Shown: positions 8,940 to 20,210, numbered from the stretch's first letter. The stretch is 64,000 nt of DNA from an uncultured Cryomorphaceae bacterium (GCA_942492545.1 CALOFA010000016.1:30935-94934); one strand, 5' to 3'. Notes: generated from the letters alone by a model not told the origin. Program-made: numbers and translations.

Positions 8940-10292
8940 TTATTTTCTACTCTTCTCCAATTTCGCTGCAAAGCGATTTAATAAAGTCCTGAAACGGAAG
9001 GATAAAAGGAGAGCAGAGAGGGTTAAGCCGCCTGCCAGTGCGTACCAAATGCCCATGGCACCCAGAGAGGTGTGATGAGAGAGGAGATAGGCGGCGGGCA
9101 ATACCAGCAACCAATAAACTCCGAATGTGACCCAAGTGGGAACTTTCACATCGGTCAGTCCGCGCAAGGCGCCGAGAGCCACGGCTTGAATACCGTCCGA
9201 GAGTTGGAAGACTACTGCGACGATGAGCATTTTGGTGGCCAAGGCCAATACCTGAGGATCGTCGGAGTAGAAGCCTGCCAAAGCATCGCGGAAGATATAG
9301 ATGATAACTCCGGCGATGGCCATCCAGTAAGTGGCCATCTTAAAAATGGTGGAGCCTGCCCGGCGGAGGTTTAAAGCATCGCCCATTCCCGCTTGATTTC
9401 CAATGCGCACAGTGGCAGCAGCACCGAGTCCTGTCACGGCCATATAACTCACACTGGCGATGTTGATGGCCACTTGGTGTGCAGCCAAAGCTGTAGCGCT
9501 GATCATCCCCGCGAATATAGCTGCCAAGGCAAAAGCGCTTACTTCAAAGATGTATTGCAATCCCATAGGTACTCCCAGTTGGATCAGCCTCTTGGCAATG
9601 TTTTTCCGAAAGGAAAAGCCGGCAAGGTTAAGGCCGTGCAATTTAAATTTCTTGCTTTTCAATACGTACCAGCCCATCCAAAATACCATAAGCACTCGGG
9701 CTAAAAGCGTAGCCCAGCCCGCACCGTTAAGGCCTAATTCGGGAAATCCGAACTTCCCATAAATGAGCAGGTAATTGAGTGCGACGTTGATGAGGTTGCA
9801 GACGATGATCACCTTCATGGCCTCCTTGGTGTCAGAAAGCCCTTCTGCAAACTGCTTGAAAGTTTGGAAGAGCATCAGCGGAACAATTGTGGAGCCGATG
9901 ATAATGAGGTAGGGCATGGCGAGGGGAAGTACGCCTTCGTCTTGTTTCAAGTAGGGCAGGAGTGGTAGCACCGAGAGTAGTCCACCGAAAAGGAGAAGCC
10001 CCACCACTAAGTTTACCCGCATCGAGTGGCGCAGCAATGTGCCTTGGAGGTTGGTTCTTCGTTTACCTGCGGCTTGAGCCACAAGAGGGGTTATCCCGAA
10101 GGTGACCCCAATCCCGAACACCATAAAGATGATGTAAACGCTATTGCCAAGTGCCACGGCGGCAAGAGGCAAGGTACCGAGCTGACCCACCATGATGCTA
10201 TCCGCCACCGAGACCATGATCTGACCGAGTTGGCCGATCATCACGGGCAAGGCGATGCGCAAATTGAGGCGATAATGTTCGGCGGTGGTCAT
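8940..10292 (-). CDS. MATE family efflux transporter.
   Basis: 450 aa, 12 predicted TM segments, MATE-like repeats. Confidence 0.85.
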   Translation of the reverse strand: MTTAEHYRLNLRIALPVMIGQLGQIMVSVADSIMVGQLGTLPLAAVALGNSVYIIFMVFGIGVTFGITPLVAQAAGKRRTNLQGTLLRHSMRVNLVVGLLLFGGLLSVLPLLPYLKQDEGVLPLAMPYLIIIGSTIVPLMLFQTFKQFAEGLSDTKEAMKVIIVCNLINVALNYLLIYGKFGFPELGLNGAGWATLLARVLMVFWMGWYVLKSKKFKLHGLNLAGFSFRKNIAKRLIQLGVPMGLQYIFEVSAFALAAIFAGMISATALAAHQVAINIASVSYMAVTGLGAAATVRIGNQAGMGDALNLRRAGSTIFKMATYWMAIAGVIIYIFRDALAGFYSDDPQVLALATKMLIVAVVFQLSDGIQAVALGALRGLTDVKVPTWVTFGVYWLLVLPAAYLLSHHTSLGAMGIWYALAGGLTLSALLLSFRFRTLLNRFAAKLEKSRK

Positions 10293-10483
10293 CGGGGCTG
10301 CGAAAGTACAGCCTTTAGGCGGGAAAATGCATTACTGAATTTCTAAGTTTTCAGATACTTTAAGGGAGAACCTGAGGCAAGTAAAAGTGCGGGATCGTGT
10401 GGACAGGTTTGTTTTTAGACTTCGAGTATCGGAAGATAGCGAACGGAGTGGGTGAATAGCCTTGATAAAATGCTTTATAAGAT

Positions 10484-11122
10484 TTAAGGATCACTCATAC
10501 CCAATGCCGACTCCATGGATTTATATCTTCCTGTCATTTCACCATTTACGAAAACAAGAAAGCGCCCTCCGTCATGATTTGCTCTTTCTTCAGTCAAATC
10601 TGTCAAGAATCTAGAGAGGTATTTTTGAGTCCATTCAGATTTATAGTATTCCGTATCAATACCCATGATGGGGTAGCTGATTTGGTAGTTGAGATTCATC
10701 AGCTCTGCATCATAGTATTCAGCCACGACAAAGAGATTTGCCTCCGCTTGATTGGCCATTTCTTGCGATTCGTTTAAACTTTTACATACTGAGGATTTAC
10801 ACTTCGCGCCCCAGATGTAGACTATTGAACTGTCAGACTGTAAGCAATCTTTCAAATTACCCGCTGACGCAATCACTACTTTATTTTTCAAATCAGGTGG
10901 TGTGCGACAAATGAGCCCATCCTTCTTGAGATGAATAAATAAGTCCGGATTGGTTAGTACGGATTCGGGATAATAGCTTCTCAAGCCTTGTAAAGAACCA
11001 TTGATGGTGCATGAAGAAGAAACTAGTCCTACAAATGACAGCGCGATGAAAAAAAGGTGACCATTTCTCATACCAACTGATTTTAAGGGAATGTTTTCCG
11101 ATTTTCTGCTGATGTTTTTCAT
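10484..11122 (-). CDS. Hypothetical lipoprotein, AT-rich. The likely start is the internal MRNGHLFFIALSFVGLVSSSC.
   Basis: Lipobox present; no recognisable domain. Confidence 0.4.
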   Translation of the reverse strand: MKNISRKSENIPLKSVGMRNGHLFFIALSFVGLVSSSCTINGSLQGLRSYYPESVLTNPDLFIHLKKDGLICRTPPDLKNKVVIASAGNLKDCLQSDSSIVYIWGAKCKSSVCKSLNESQEMANQAEANLFVVAEYYDAELMNLNYQISYPIMGIDTEYYKSEWTQKYLSRFLTDLTEERANHDGGRFLVFVNGEMTGRYKSMESALGMSDP

Positions 11123-11195
11123 AGCTGTGGCAACCCGTTAATGGAATTGATTCCAATCTTGTCAATGTAGCCATTATCAGTTGAAGCTGTTTATA

Positions 11196-11233
11196 TCAAA
11201 CAAAAAACCCCTTCCGCAACAGCGAAAGGGGTT
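11196..11233 (-). terminator. Rho-independent terminator downstream of the M16 peptidase gene.
   Basis: Perfect 8-bp stem AACCCCTT/AAGGGGTT with a 12-nt loop, followed on the minus strand by TTTTTTGTTTG. Confidence 0.5.
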
Positions 11234-11254
11234 CGTTCTTCTAAACGGTTGGCT

Positions 11255-14200
11255 TTATTTCTTTACCAAGACTTCTGATTTGTCTTTTTGCGGGTAACCG
11301 AAGAGTTCCTCCAAGGTGAGTTCTTCCAGTGTTCCCAGTTCTTCCAGCACTTCTTGGTTTACCAATTCTTTGTTTCCAATTACGCTGAACGTGTATGGCT
11401 TTCCTTTGATGTTGTTGTCAAAGAAACTTTGTAAGTCTTCAAACTTCATGGTCTGAAGGTCCTCGTATACTTTTTCGTTCAAATCGTAGTCGAGGCCACG
11501 CTTCTGAGCACTGAGGTAGCTCCAAAAGATAGACGCGCGAGATGTGCGGTTCGTTTCGATTTGCTTCATGGCTGCATCGCGAGCTGACTCGAATTGAAGA
11601 TCGGCGCGCGGCATATCGTTCATCAAAGTCATCATGGCGTTGGTAGCCTCGGGAAGTTTATCTACCTGTGCACCGATGTACGCGCGCACATAGTGGCTTT
11701 CGTCTTTTTCAGATGGCATGGTGAAGTAGCTATAAGCCGAGTAGGCCAATGCTTTCGATTCTCGAATTTCCTGGAAAACGATTGAAGACAATCCGCTACC
11801 GAAGTACTGATTGAAAAGGTTCACCTCAGGAGCCAAATCAGCATCGAACTTAGGACCCTTGGCAGTCATCAAGAGTTCGCTCTGAACCATATCGTAATCT
11901 ACGAAGTAAACTTTGTTGTCGTCAATGGCGATTTCCTCGTAAACTTTAGCCTCAGGATAATCTTTCAATTCAGCCGGAACCTTGTGGTACTTTTCGATGG
12001 TAGCCATGGCCTCTTTATAATCTTGCGGACCGTAGTAGAACATCTTGTGCTTGTAAGAAGTGATTTCTTTCAAACGGTTCACCAATTCTTCGGGCTTGAT
12101 GTTTCTCAACTCTTCCTCAGACAGGATGTTTTTGAGCGGATTGTCAGATCCGTATTGGGCGTAAGAGCTCATTGCATTAAAGAGGATTTGTCCTTTGCTC
12201 TTCATCGCATCCTGACGCTCTTTGAGCATTCCTTCGATCATATCGTTCATCGCTTGCTCGTCAGGCTCTACATTTGCCAATACTTTCTCGAAAAGCTGAA
12301 CGCCTTCTTCCAAAGACTCATTGAGTCCTGTAAGAACCACGTAAGAACGATCGCGCGAGCTGAATACATCGAAGCTCAAACCGAGTTTGAACAACTCTTT
12401 TCGAAGCTCTTCTGCCGTCATGTCTGAAGTTCCCAAGTAAGGTAGGTACTCAACTGCCAATGGCAAAAGTTGATCGTTGTCCGTTCCCATGTCCAGGATG
12501 TAGTAAAGGCTGAAAAGGTCGTTGTTTTCGTTTTTGATATTGTAAAATTCAATACCATTATCAAAGGCATCTTTCGTGATGGCTTTGTCATAATCAACGA
12601 ATACAGGGTCAAGTCTTCCTGATTCTACACTATCCCATGCAAGGTAGAAATCCGATTGTGTTTCGCGGTCAATATCCACCGGAGTGATTTGTGGCTTATC
12701 CACTTTCACCGCGTTGTTTTTTCCCAATCGCTTGTTTACTTGCACGTAGTTGTCGCCAAACCATTCATTGGCGAAAGCCACGATGTCTTCTTTGGTGAGC
12801 TTGGCCATGTTGTCGTACTGCCCAACAACGGCATTCCACTCTTCGCCGTAAATAAAGGCGTCAACCATTTTTCCTGCGCGGCTCCAGTTGCTTTCAGACT
12901 GCTTCAGTTCGCTTAGTTTCATGTCGTTTACAACGGCTTCTACCATCCAGTCTTCAAACTCTCCGTTCTTGATCATTTCTACCTGACCGCGAAGCAATTC
13001 TGCTACTTCGTTCAAGTCCTGACCTTCACGTGGATTTCCGCTAAGCATCAACATGCTGTAGTCTTTCAAGATAGTGGGAGAACTGTAAGCGCGAAGTACT
13101 TTTTGTTTTTGTACCAAGTTTAAGTCAATCAAACCGGCTTGACCGTTTGAAAGAATTCCGTCCATAACAGAAAGCTTCATGGCCTCAGGAGTTCCGGCTT
13201 CCGGCAGGCGGTATCCGATATTTACAAACTCAGCTTGAACACCAGTGATGTCTTTAACGATTGGCTCAGTGATCGGGTCTTCTTTAGCCGCAGTGAATTC
13301 AGGAACAACTCCTCTTTCGTAGTCGCCGAAGTATTTTTCGATGAGCTCTACCGTTTCGTCAGGGTCAATATCACCCGAAAGAACGATCGCCATATTGTTT
13401 GGCAGATAACGCTCCTTGAAGTAAGCGTGGATCTTCTCCATCGAAGGATTCTTCAAGTGCTCACTCGTACCGATGGTCGTTTGCGTTCCGTATTGATGCT
13501 CTTTGAACATCTCGCCCATCATCATGTAATATGCCTGACGGTAGTCGCTGTCTTGAGTTCTGTTGTACTCTTCGTAAACAGCTTCCAACTCAGTGTGGAA
13601 GAGACGAAGTACCAATTCTTTAAATCTTTCAGATTCGAGCTTAGCCCATTTTTCCAATTCATTGGCAGGCACATCGTTGATGTAAACCGTTTGCTCGTAC
13701 CAAGTGTAGGCGTTGGTTCCTTGAGCACCGAGCGAACCGATCATTTTGTCGTATTCATTGGCGATGGCCAATTTTGCCGCCACTCCTGAAATGCTGTCGA
13801 TCTGCGCGTAAATCGCTTTTCTTTCTGCAGCATCCTTGGTGTTTCTGTGCGCCTCGTAGAGATCCGAAACTTGAGAAATGAGCACTTGCTCCGCTTCCCA
13901 GTCCTTGGTTCCGTATTCGGAAGTACCCTTGAAAAGCATGTGCTCCAAGTAGTGAGCGAGTCCCGTAGCGTCGGCAGGGTCTTGCTTGCTTCCCGTGCGC
14001 ACTGCGATTTGAGTGACTACGCGTGGCTCATCTTTGTTTACAGACATGTAAACTTTCAAGCCATTATCTAATGTGTAGATCATGGCACCGAGCGGGTCGC
14101 CTTCTACTGTTTCGTAGGTGTACTTGCTGTTTTCAGCGTCATTTCCTCCCTCTTGCATACAAGAAACTAAGAAGAGAACAGGCAGAAGCCAAAGCAATTT

Positions 14201-14278
14201 GAGCAGATTCTTCATGGTTTTACTTTGATTTTCGAAAATATTTTGTCGCGCGAAACTACGCGTTATCTGCGAAACCAC
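11255..14278 (-). CDS. M16 family zinc metallopeptidase (insulinase/pitrilysin-like, duplicated two-module form).
   Basis: HxxEH inverted zinc motif HYLEHMLFKGT. 1007 aa with a signal peptide. Confidence 0.85.
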   Translation of the reverse strand: MVSQITRSFARQNIFENQSKTMKNLLKLLWLLPVLFLVSCMQEGGNDAENSKYTYETVEGDPLGAMIYTLDNGLKVYMSVNKDEPRVVTQIAVRTGSKQDPADATGLAHYLEHMLFKGTSEYGTKDWEAEQVLISQVSDLYEAHRNTKDAAERKAIYAQIDSISGVAAKLAIANEYDKMIGSLGAQGTNAYTWYEQTVYINDVPANELEKWAKLESERFKELVLRLFHTELEAVYEEYNRTQDSDYRQAYYMMMGEMFKEHQYGTQTTIGTSEHLKNPSMEKIHAYFKERYLPNNMAIVLSGDIDPDETVELIEKYFGDYERGVVPEFTAAKEDPITEPIVKDITGVQAEFVNIGYRLPEAGTPEAMKLSVMDGILSNGQAGLIDLNLVQKQKVLRAYSSPTILKDYSMLMLSGNPREGQDLNEVAELLRGQVEMIKNGEFEDWMVEAVVNDMKLSELKQSESNWSRAGKMVDAFIYGEEWNAVVGQYDNMAKLTKEDIVAFANEWFGDNYVQVNKRLGKNNAVKVDKPQITPVDIDRETQSDFYLAWDSVESGRLDPVFVDYDKAITKDAFDNGIEFYNIKNENNDLFSLYYILDMGTDNDQLLPLAVEYLPYLGTSDMTAEELRKELFKLGLSFDVFSSRDRSYVVLTGLNESLEEGVQLFEKVLANVEPDEQAMNDMIEGMLKERQDAMKSKGQILFNAMSSYAQYGSDNPLKNILSEEELRNIKPEELVNRLKEITSYKHKMFYYGPQDYKEAMATIEKYHKVPAELKDYPEAKVYEEIAIDDNKVYFVDYDMVQSELLMTAKGPKFDADLAPEVNLFNQYFGSGLSSIVFQEIRESKALAYSAYSYFTMPSEKDESHYVRAYIGAQVDKLPEATNAMMTLMNDMPRADLQFESARDAAMKQIETNRTSRASIFWSYLSAQKRGLDYDLNEKVYEDLQTMKFEDLQSFFDNNIKGKPYTFSVIGNKELVNQEVLEELGTLEELTLEELFGYPQKDKSEVLVKK

Positions 14279-14401
14279 GGAGTTTCGGGTACTAATATTC
14301 GTTAAAGGCTATTTAGGATTATTGGGATGTCGATTTCTTGAACTTGCCGATTCTAGTTAAAACCTTATTTTCAAGGTTCATAACTAAACCTAAAGTCAAC
14401 C

Positions 14402-15383
14402 ATGAAACGGATTTTACTCCTTGCCGCATTATTTTTTCATTTAGCCTTATTCTCTCAAGAATGGGAGGGGATTTGGGAAATTGAAGAATTTGGTGACACT
14501 ATTAATTTCGAGGAAGAAACATTCCTATTTCAGATTGATACATCTTCATCCAATCTTTGGCAAATCGGTATGCCTTCTAAACCCGTTCTTGACTCTGCGT
14601 TTTCGCCAATCAAAGCACTAATTACGGATACGATTAACTCATATTCGATATCCAATTATTCATACTTCGATGTAGTATTTGCTTCGGAAAACCATCCTTA
14701 CTTTTTGACAGAGCAGCTCCATTTCGGTTTTGCTCATAAATTTCATACTGACTCACTAAAGGATGGAGGCTACATCACTATTTCCCTCGATAATGGCGAG
14801 AATTTCTATGATGTATTTGAAGAAGAAGTCGGATCCTATTTAATATCGCCTGCATATAACTCTGTAAATTTATACACTCAGACAGATACATTATATAATG
14901 GTGAGCCCGGCTTTTCCGGTTCAAGCAATGGATGGGTTAATACTATGATGGGCTGGAGCACTATGTACGTGTCAACAAGTGATATCGGTCGTACGAAGGG
15001 AGGTTGGGAACTGGATACGGTTCTTGTCAGGTTCAATTTCATCTCTGATTCAATAGCAGAGTCCAAGGATGGCTGGATGATCGATGATTTCTATATTTTC
15101 GAGGTAGATGTTCTATCAAAATGTCAGAAACAAGTCAATTGCTCAATTCAAGATTTTTCCGAATCCGGCCACAGAAAAAATCATAGCTGAAACGGAAAAG
15201 GATTACCAGAGATTGGAATTGAAGGTTCGAAGTATTTCAGGAAGTGAAGCTATCAGAAAGGCGTATGGTAAAGGAAATCGTGTTGAACTGGAAAACTTAA
15301 ATTTAGAGTCGGGAGTTTATCTGGTATCACTTTATGGCGATGACGAATTTCTCGGTACCGCCCGTTGTGTGATGCACAGATAG
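14402..15383 (+). CDS. Secreted protein with T9SS type-A CTD, split by a frameshift. The body is ORF 14402..15190 and the CTD is ORF 15108..15383.
   Basis: Signal peptide MKRILLLAALFFHLALFSQ. The separate 91-aa ORF encodes only the sorting domain (KIFPNPATEKI…VYLVSLYGDD), which cannot function alone. Confidence 0.55.
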
Positions 15384-15447
15384 TCTTTGATCGCTTATCC
15401 TTCTGGTCAAATGGAAAGGTATATCTTTGCCAAACTGACACTCTGAT

Positions 15448-16590
15448 ATGAAAATAGGAATAGTACTTTACCCCACATTTGGCGGTAGCGGTGTAGTGGC
15501 GACGGAATTGGGGAAAGCGCTTGCGCAAAGAGGACACCAAGTTCATTTCGTTTCTTACAATCAGCCCGTTCGACTCGGTTCATTTACCCAAAATCTCTTT
15601 TACCACGAGGTAATTGTTTCCGAATACCCGCTGTTTGATTACCCGCCTTACGAAACGGTTTTGGCGAGCAAACTAGTAGATGTGGTGAAGTTTGAAAAGC
15701 TTGATTTGCTTCATGTACACTACGCAATACCTCACGCCTCCGCAGCCTATATGGCCCAACAGATTCTGGCGGAGGAAGGCATCCACATTCCATTTATTAC
15801 TACTTTGCACGGAACCGATATCACCTTGGTAGGTCGAGACAATAGCTTTGCACCTGCCATTACTTTTGCCATCAATAAAAGTAACGCAGTAACGGCCGTT
15901 TCGGAGAGTTTAAAAAACGATACCTACGAGCATTTCGATATTAAGAATGAGGTAGAAGTGATTCCCAACTTCATTTGTCCTGAACACTACCTTCCTCGCC
16001 CCGAAAAGAATTTTAGAAAAGACTACGCTCCAAACGGAGAGCGGATTGTGACGCATATTTCAAATTTTCGTCCCGTGAAAAGGGTGGAAGATGTGGTGAG
16101 GGTTTTCAAGAAAATCCTCGCAGAGGTTCCCGCCAAATTGCTCTTGGTAGGCGATGGTCCCGATCGGCACCGCGTTGAGCAGCTTTGCCGAGAATTGGGC
16201 ACCTGCATGCATACGCACATTATTGGGAAATTGAAAAAACCCGAAGAGGTACTCGGTATCTCAGATCTCTTCATTCTCCCTTCAGAGAAAGAAAGTTTTG
16301 GATTGGCAGCTCTTGAAGCAATGGCTTGCGGAGTGCCGGTTATATCAACCGATACCGGTGGTCTTCCCGAACTCAATGTGGAAGGTTTTAGCGGACACTT
16401 GAGCCCCGTAGGCGATGTGGATGATATGGCAGTGAATGCTATCAAAATCCTAAGAGATGATGCCGTACTGAACGACTTTAAGAAAAATGCGAAGACTCGA
16501 GCTTTTGATTTCAGTATCGAAAAAGTCTTGCCGCTCTACACCAATTTGTACAACCGCGTACTCGAGAAGCAAAAGGAAATCATCGCATAG
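15448..16590 (+). CDS. bshA: N-acetyl-alpha-D-glucosaminyl L-malate synthase (bacillithiol biosynthesis GT4 glycosyltransferase).
   Basis: Near-collinear with B. subtilis BshA as recalled from memory: MKIGI..YP..GGSGVVATELGK.LA.RGH.VHF; TTLHGTDIT; EKESFGL..LEAMACGVP. Confidence 0.8.
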   Translation: MKIGIVLYPTFGGSGVVATELGKALAQRGHQVHFVSYNQPVRLGSFTQNLFYHEVIVSEYPLFDYPPYETVLASKLVDVVKFEKLDLLHVHYAIPHASAAYMAQQILAEEGIHIPFITTLHGTDITLVGRDNSFAPAITFAINKSNAVTAVSESLKNDTYEHFDIKNEVEVIPNFICPEHYLPRPEKNFRKDYAPNGERIVTHISNFRPVKRVEDVVRVFKKILAEVPAKLLLVGDGPDRHRVEQLCRELGTCMHTHIIGKLKKPEEVLGISDLFILPSEKESFGLAALEAMACGVPVISTDTGGLPELNVEGFSGHLSPVGDVDDMAVNAIKILRDDAVLNDFKKNAKTRAFDFSIEKVLPLYTNLYNRVLEKQKEIIA

Positions 16591-16592
16591 AA

Positions 16593-17169
16593 ATGGCAAA
16601 ACCTTCTGTTAAAGTTCTGGATCCGAAAGTGAGTTACACTAAATCGGGAGAGAAACTCAGGGTTATCGTTTTGGGAAAAATTGAACGCTGGAAAGAGGCG
16701 CTCCTCATGGCATGGGTAGCTGCTTGGATTTTCTGCGGTGGCATCGTTTTCATTGAATGGCAAAGAACCACTGACGAGGAAACACAGGTTGCCTTTTTTG
16801 CCTTTTTGGTGTTTTGGGCCTATTTCCTTTGGCGTGCCGGACGTACCATGCTCTACCGCATGGGCGGAAATGAGTTGATTGAGGTCAATCAAGATGAACT
16901 CATTTTGAAAAAAGAGCTTCTTCACTTACGGAAAGACCAAATCGTATTTTTTGGAAAATATTGAGGATTTTAAACCCGTCAAGCTTTCAAAGACTTCATT
17001 TGTCTATACCTACGAAAATGGCTGGTGGAATCTAGGTGGCGAAAAATTGAGTTTCAAATACCAAGGGCGATACGTAAAGTTCGCCATGCAGGTAGATGAA
17101 AAAACCGTGGGCACCATTTACTCATTGATCAACAAACAGATCAAAGAGAATATCAAAAAGAAGTCTTAA
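16593..17169 (+). CDS. Hypothetical membrane protein. ORFs 16593..16964 and 16951..17169 are joined by a 1-nt shift in the T6 run at 16947-16952.
   Basis: Two TM helices in the N-terminal piece. Deleting one T gives a continuous …QIVFLENIEDFKPV…. Confidence 0.4.
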
Positions 17170-18261
17170 AGGCAATCCCTGAAAGCCTCGTCGTAGTCTG
17201 TTCCTTCTAAGTTTTCTTGCAGTGTCATTTGTCGAGCAGTTTCTCCGTCCAATACCGCATCGAGCTTTTTGATTTCCCCGAAAGGGATTCCTTTTTGGTT
17301 CATTTTTTTGGATAAATCAGCGAAATCGAATCGCATGATTGCTCTCTTCAAGATTTCAATAAGCGCTAGTCGATTTTGAACCCTCGCCGAATTTGCGCAG
17401 AATCGCGCATCCGCAGTTAAGTCCGAGAGATTCAAAACTTCGGTCAGTTGAGCGAAATGTTTCTCGCTTCCGATGGCGAGGACAAATCTCACTCCATCCT
17501 TGGTTTCGAACCAATCGCCGTAAGGGGCGATATTGGGGTGAGCTGTACCGATGGGTTTGGCCACTTTTCCCACCATTAAATAATTGGATGCTTGATTGGC
17601 CAATGCCGCCAGCGATGAAGCCTCCAGAGAGCAAATGGAGTAAGATCCTTCTCCCGTTCGTTCTCGATGGAGCAGAGCCAATAATGCCGCTTCCTTTAGT
17701 TGGTGTCCCGCCAGTACATCGATCAGTGCGACGGGTAGCTTGGCAGGATGATCAGAGTCGGTGCCGGTCATGGAAATCCAACCGGTCTCGGCTTGAAGAA
17801 CTACGTCGTAAGCTGGTCTTTCTTGGTTCTCGTAGCCTTTCAGATCGAGAAAAATCGCTTTGTCATTTTGACTTTTTAACAGACGCGTAGTCGAGTTTAA
17901 ACTTCTTCGCCACCCGAGGCAGGTAGTTGGAAATGATGAGGTCTGCTTCCTTTACCAATACCATCAATTTCTTCAAGTCGCTTTCATCCGTAAGGTCGGC
18001 CATGAGAATCTTCTTCCCGAAATTCACCGAGGCATAATAGGCTGAAGTACCGTTTTCGTCTTCTCCTGACACTCGCCATCCGCGGGTCACGTCGCCGTTG
18101 GTAAGTTTATTTTCTACTTTAATGACCTCGGCGCCTAGTTCGGCAAAGAAGGTTCCCGCAGCAGGCCCCGCCAAAACGCTGGCCAATTCCACTACCTTTA
18201 ATCCCTTGAAAAAATCTCTCATGAATCGATTGGTATTTCTACTTGGTTTGAGCTCAGCCAT
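17166..18261 (-). CDS. CoA-transferase family III (CaiB/BaiF-like), interrupted by a frameshift between 17772 and 17862.
   Basis: The N-terminal piece (17863..18261) has the CoA-transferase III signature GLKVVELASVLAGPAAGTFFAELGAEVIKVE. The C-terminal piece (17166..17771) continues the family. Summed length is about 365 aa. Confidence 0.65.
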
Positions 18262-19354
18262 CTGCCTTTTGGCATGCGCCCCGACTAATGTTCACAAAGA
18301 TGTGGAATCTCCTCAAACACCCGCAATTGAAAATGCAGCTTCCGACTTCACTTCTGAAGTCATCATTCGCCAAGGCGATAATGTCACTGAGATTTTCAAG
18401 AATCTTCCTTCCGACGTAAGGAAAATCAGCTTTGAACCGGGAGAATATATTGCGGCTGATACGCTTCATCTGCCCCGAACGGGTGGTTTGGTCATCATCG
18501 ATGGAAACGGTTCCGACCTTAAACTCGCCAAGATGGGATTTTACTCCATGCCTAATTCTAAGGATCAGGCAATGCTTTACAATCACACCCGCTACTTGAT
18601 CAAAGATTTTTCGACCATATCGGGAGGGGAGAAGGGAGTGATGCTTGGCTCATCTTTTAATACGGTTATTCAGAATATCGAATTCGTGGGACAACGTGAA
18701 GCCGCCATTGACCTGGTTTTTTGCCTGATGTGTACGGTTGAGAATATTTTGGTCACGAATAACTTCCACGACGGAATAGTGCTACGAACGGGACGGAACA
18801 TCGACACCAAAGAGATCGAATGGGATAGAGCAGGAGTGAACAATTCTCAGTGCAATCACACCGAAGTACGTTCGTGCAGAGTCTACAATCGAAAGGGCTG
18901 CACGGGAACGTCATTTAAAGTCTTGCAAAGTTCAGGTGTGCGGTTGGTCAATTGCATTTCAGAGGGTTGGCCCAATAAACGGGCGGTTTATTTCGATGCC
19001 CTTGGCGCCACCACCGCGAAGTATTTCACCATTGAGAATTTCCATTTGGAGCATATTCCCGAAGAAGGCGGACTCTGCTTTCGGAATTTCGGGAGCTTGA
19101 TTGAAGTGGACGGGTTCTTTGTTCAGCAGGGTAGCGCGACTTCTCCTGTCATCAAAATTGAGAACAACGGAAGCTATGTCTTCCGCAACTTTCCCTATTG
19201 GCCGGGGGAGCCTGGATTGCATCGAGCAACTCACCAAGCGTGGTTATGGAAAATTGTCCCGTCGGGATGTACAAGATTGACACTTACTGTACAAATACCG
19301 AGAAGAAAGGCGAGAAGATTTTTCAAGGGTATTTCAAAGCGGATAAAATGTTGA
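18221..19354 (+). CDS. Right-handed parallel beta-helix repeat lipoprotein (pectate-lyase-like fold). The start is reassigned to MNRLVFLLGLSSAICLLAC.
   Basis: The upstream part of ORF 18098.. overlaps the convergent CaiB gene. The internal Met gives a lipobox, and beta-helix-like repeats (NNFHDGIVLRTG…) follow. Confidence 0.5.
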   Translation: MNRLVFLLGLSSAICLLACAPTNVHKDVESPQTPAIENAASDFTSEVIIRQGDNVTEIFKNLPSDVRKISFEPGEYIAADTLHLPRTGGLVIIDGNGSDLKLAKMGFYSMPNSKDQAMLYNHTRYLIKDFSTISGGEKGVMLGSSFNTVIQNIEFVGQREAAIDLVFCLMCTVENILVTNNFHDGIVLRTGRNIDTKEIEWDRAGVNNSQCNHTEVRSCRVYNRKGCTGTSFKVLQSSGVRLVNCISEGWPNKRAVYFDALGATTAKYFTIENFHLEHIPEEGGLCFRNFGSLIEVDGFFVQQGSATSPVIKIENNGSYVFRNFPYWPGEPGLHRATHQAWLWKIVPSGCTRLTLTVQIPRRKARRFFKGISKRIKC

Positions 19355-19365
19355 GGCCATAAAAA

Positions 19366-19389
19366 AGCCGACTCAAATTTGAGTCGGCT
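19366..19389. terminator. Bidirectional rho-independent terminator between convergent genes.
   Basis: Perfect 24-bp palindrome AGCCGACTCAAATTTGAGTCGGCT flanked by an A6 run and a T-run. Confidence 0.5.
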
Positions 19390-19416
19390 GAAAATTTTGC
19401 AATCGCTATTGGCTCC

Positions 19417-20076
19417 TTAGGCTGCCTGTGCGGTTTCTTTCTTTACGGCCTTCTTGCGCTTTTTGTAAGTCTTCTTAGGCATCGTTCTGTAGATCACATC
19501 CCAAAGAGGAGTAGATACACCAAAAGCAATGGTGTCGTCCTTGTAATGGTGAATGCTGTGATTGATCCAAAGCACGTTCAAACTATTCTTTGGTGGCTTA
19601 AATGCGTGTATAGAGTAGTGAACAAAAAGGTAAAGAGCGTAACCAATGATAAAGCCCGGAAGAAAGGTGAATACATAAGTGCCAATCGTAAATCGGAAAG
19701 CCAAAAATAGCACGGTCAGTATCATAACCGCCGCGGCAGGTGGCATCGCCAGTCTTGTTTTGTCTCTTGGATACTCGTGGTGCACACCATGAAACATGTA
19801 TTGGATTCGTTCTTTGATCTTATTGGTTGGTAGCATGTGAAAAATATGCTTGTGCATAATGTATTCAAACCATGTCCAGAAGATCAATCCGAAGAAAAAG
19901 ATCCCGATTCCTTCCAATGTTCCTGTATAGCCATTTGAAAAATTGATGTACAACATAACTGCCGACCCTACAAAGTAGATTGTTAAGGGCACGGAGATAT
20001 GAGTCCTGGCCAACTTTTCAAGAATGGGATTCTTAAAAAGAGCCGTTGTTCCTTGTTCCTTGGGTGAGTGTTGCAT
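19417..20076 (-). CDS. Fatty acid hydroxylase / sterol desaturase superfamily membrane protein (possibly a carotenoid/sterol-type hydroxylase).
   Basis: Histidine boxes HKHIFH, HGVHHEYP and HSIHHYKDD in a polytopic membrane protein. Confidence 0.65.
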   Translation of the reverse strand: MQHSPKEQGTTALFKNPILEKLARTHISVPLTIYFVGSAVMLYINFSNGYTGTLEGIGIFFFGLIFWTWFEYIMHKHIFHMLPTNKIKERIQYMFHGVHHEYPRDKTRLAMPPAAAVMILTVLFLAFRFTIGTYVFTFLPGFIIGYALYLFVHYSIHAFKPPKNSLNVLWINHSIHHYKDDTIAFGVSTPLWDVIYRTMPKKTYKKRKKAVKKETAQAA

Positions 20077-20210
20077 TTAAGGTAATTTTAGACAAAGATA
20101 TTTTGATTCTTTAAAACTAAGGGGGTTTTCATAATGGATTTTGCTCATTTAACGGTTTATAACCTAAATGTGGTATGGAATGTTCGTATGGTGGATAAAT
20201 TCCAAATAGT

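Noticed and set aside
16593-17169. Two separate small genes (123 aa and 72 aa).
   Set aside because: Deleting one T from the T6 run at 16947-16952 fuses them into one continuous ORF. This is consistent with the homopolymer-error pattern seen throughout the window.
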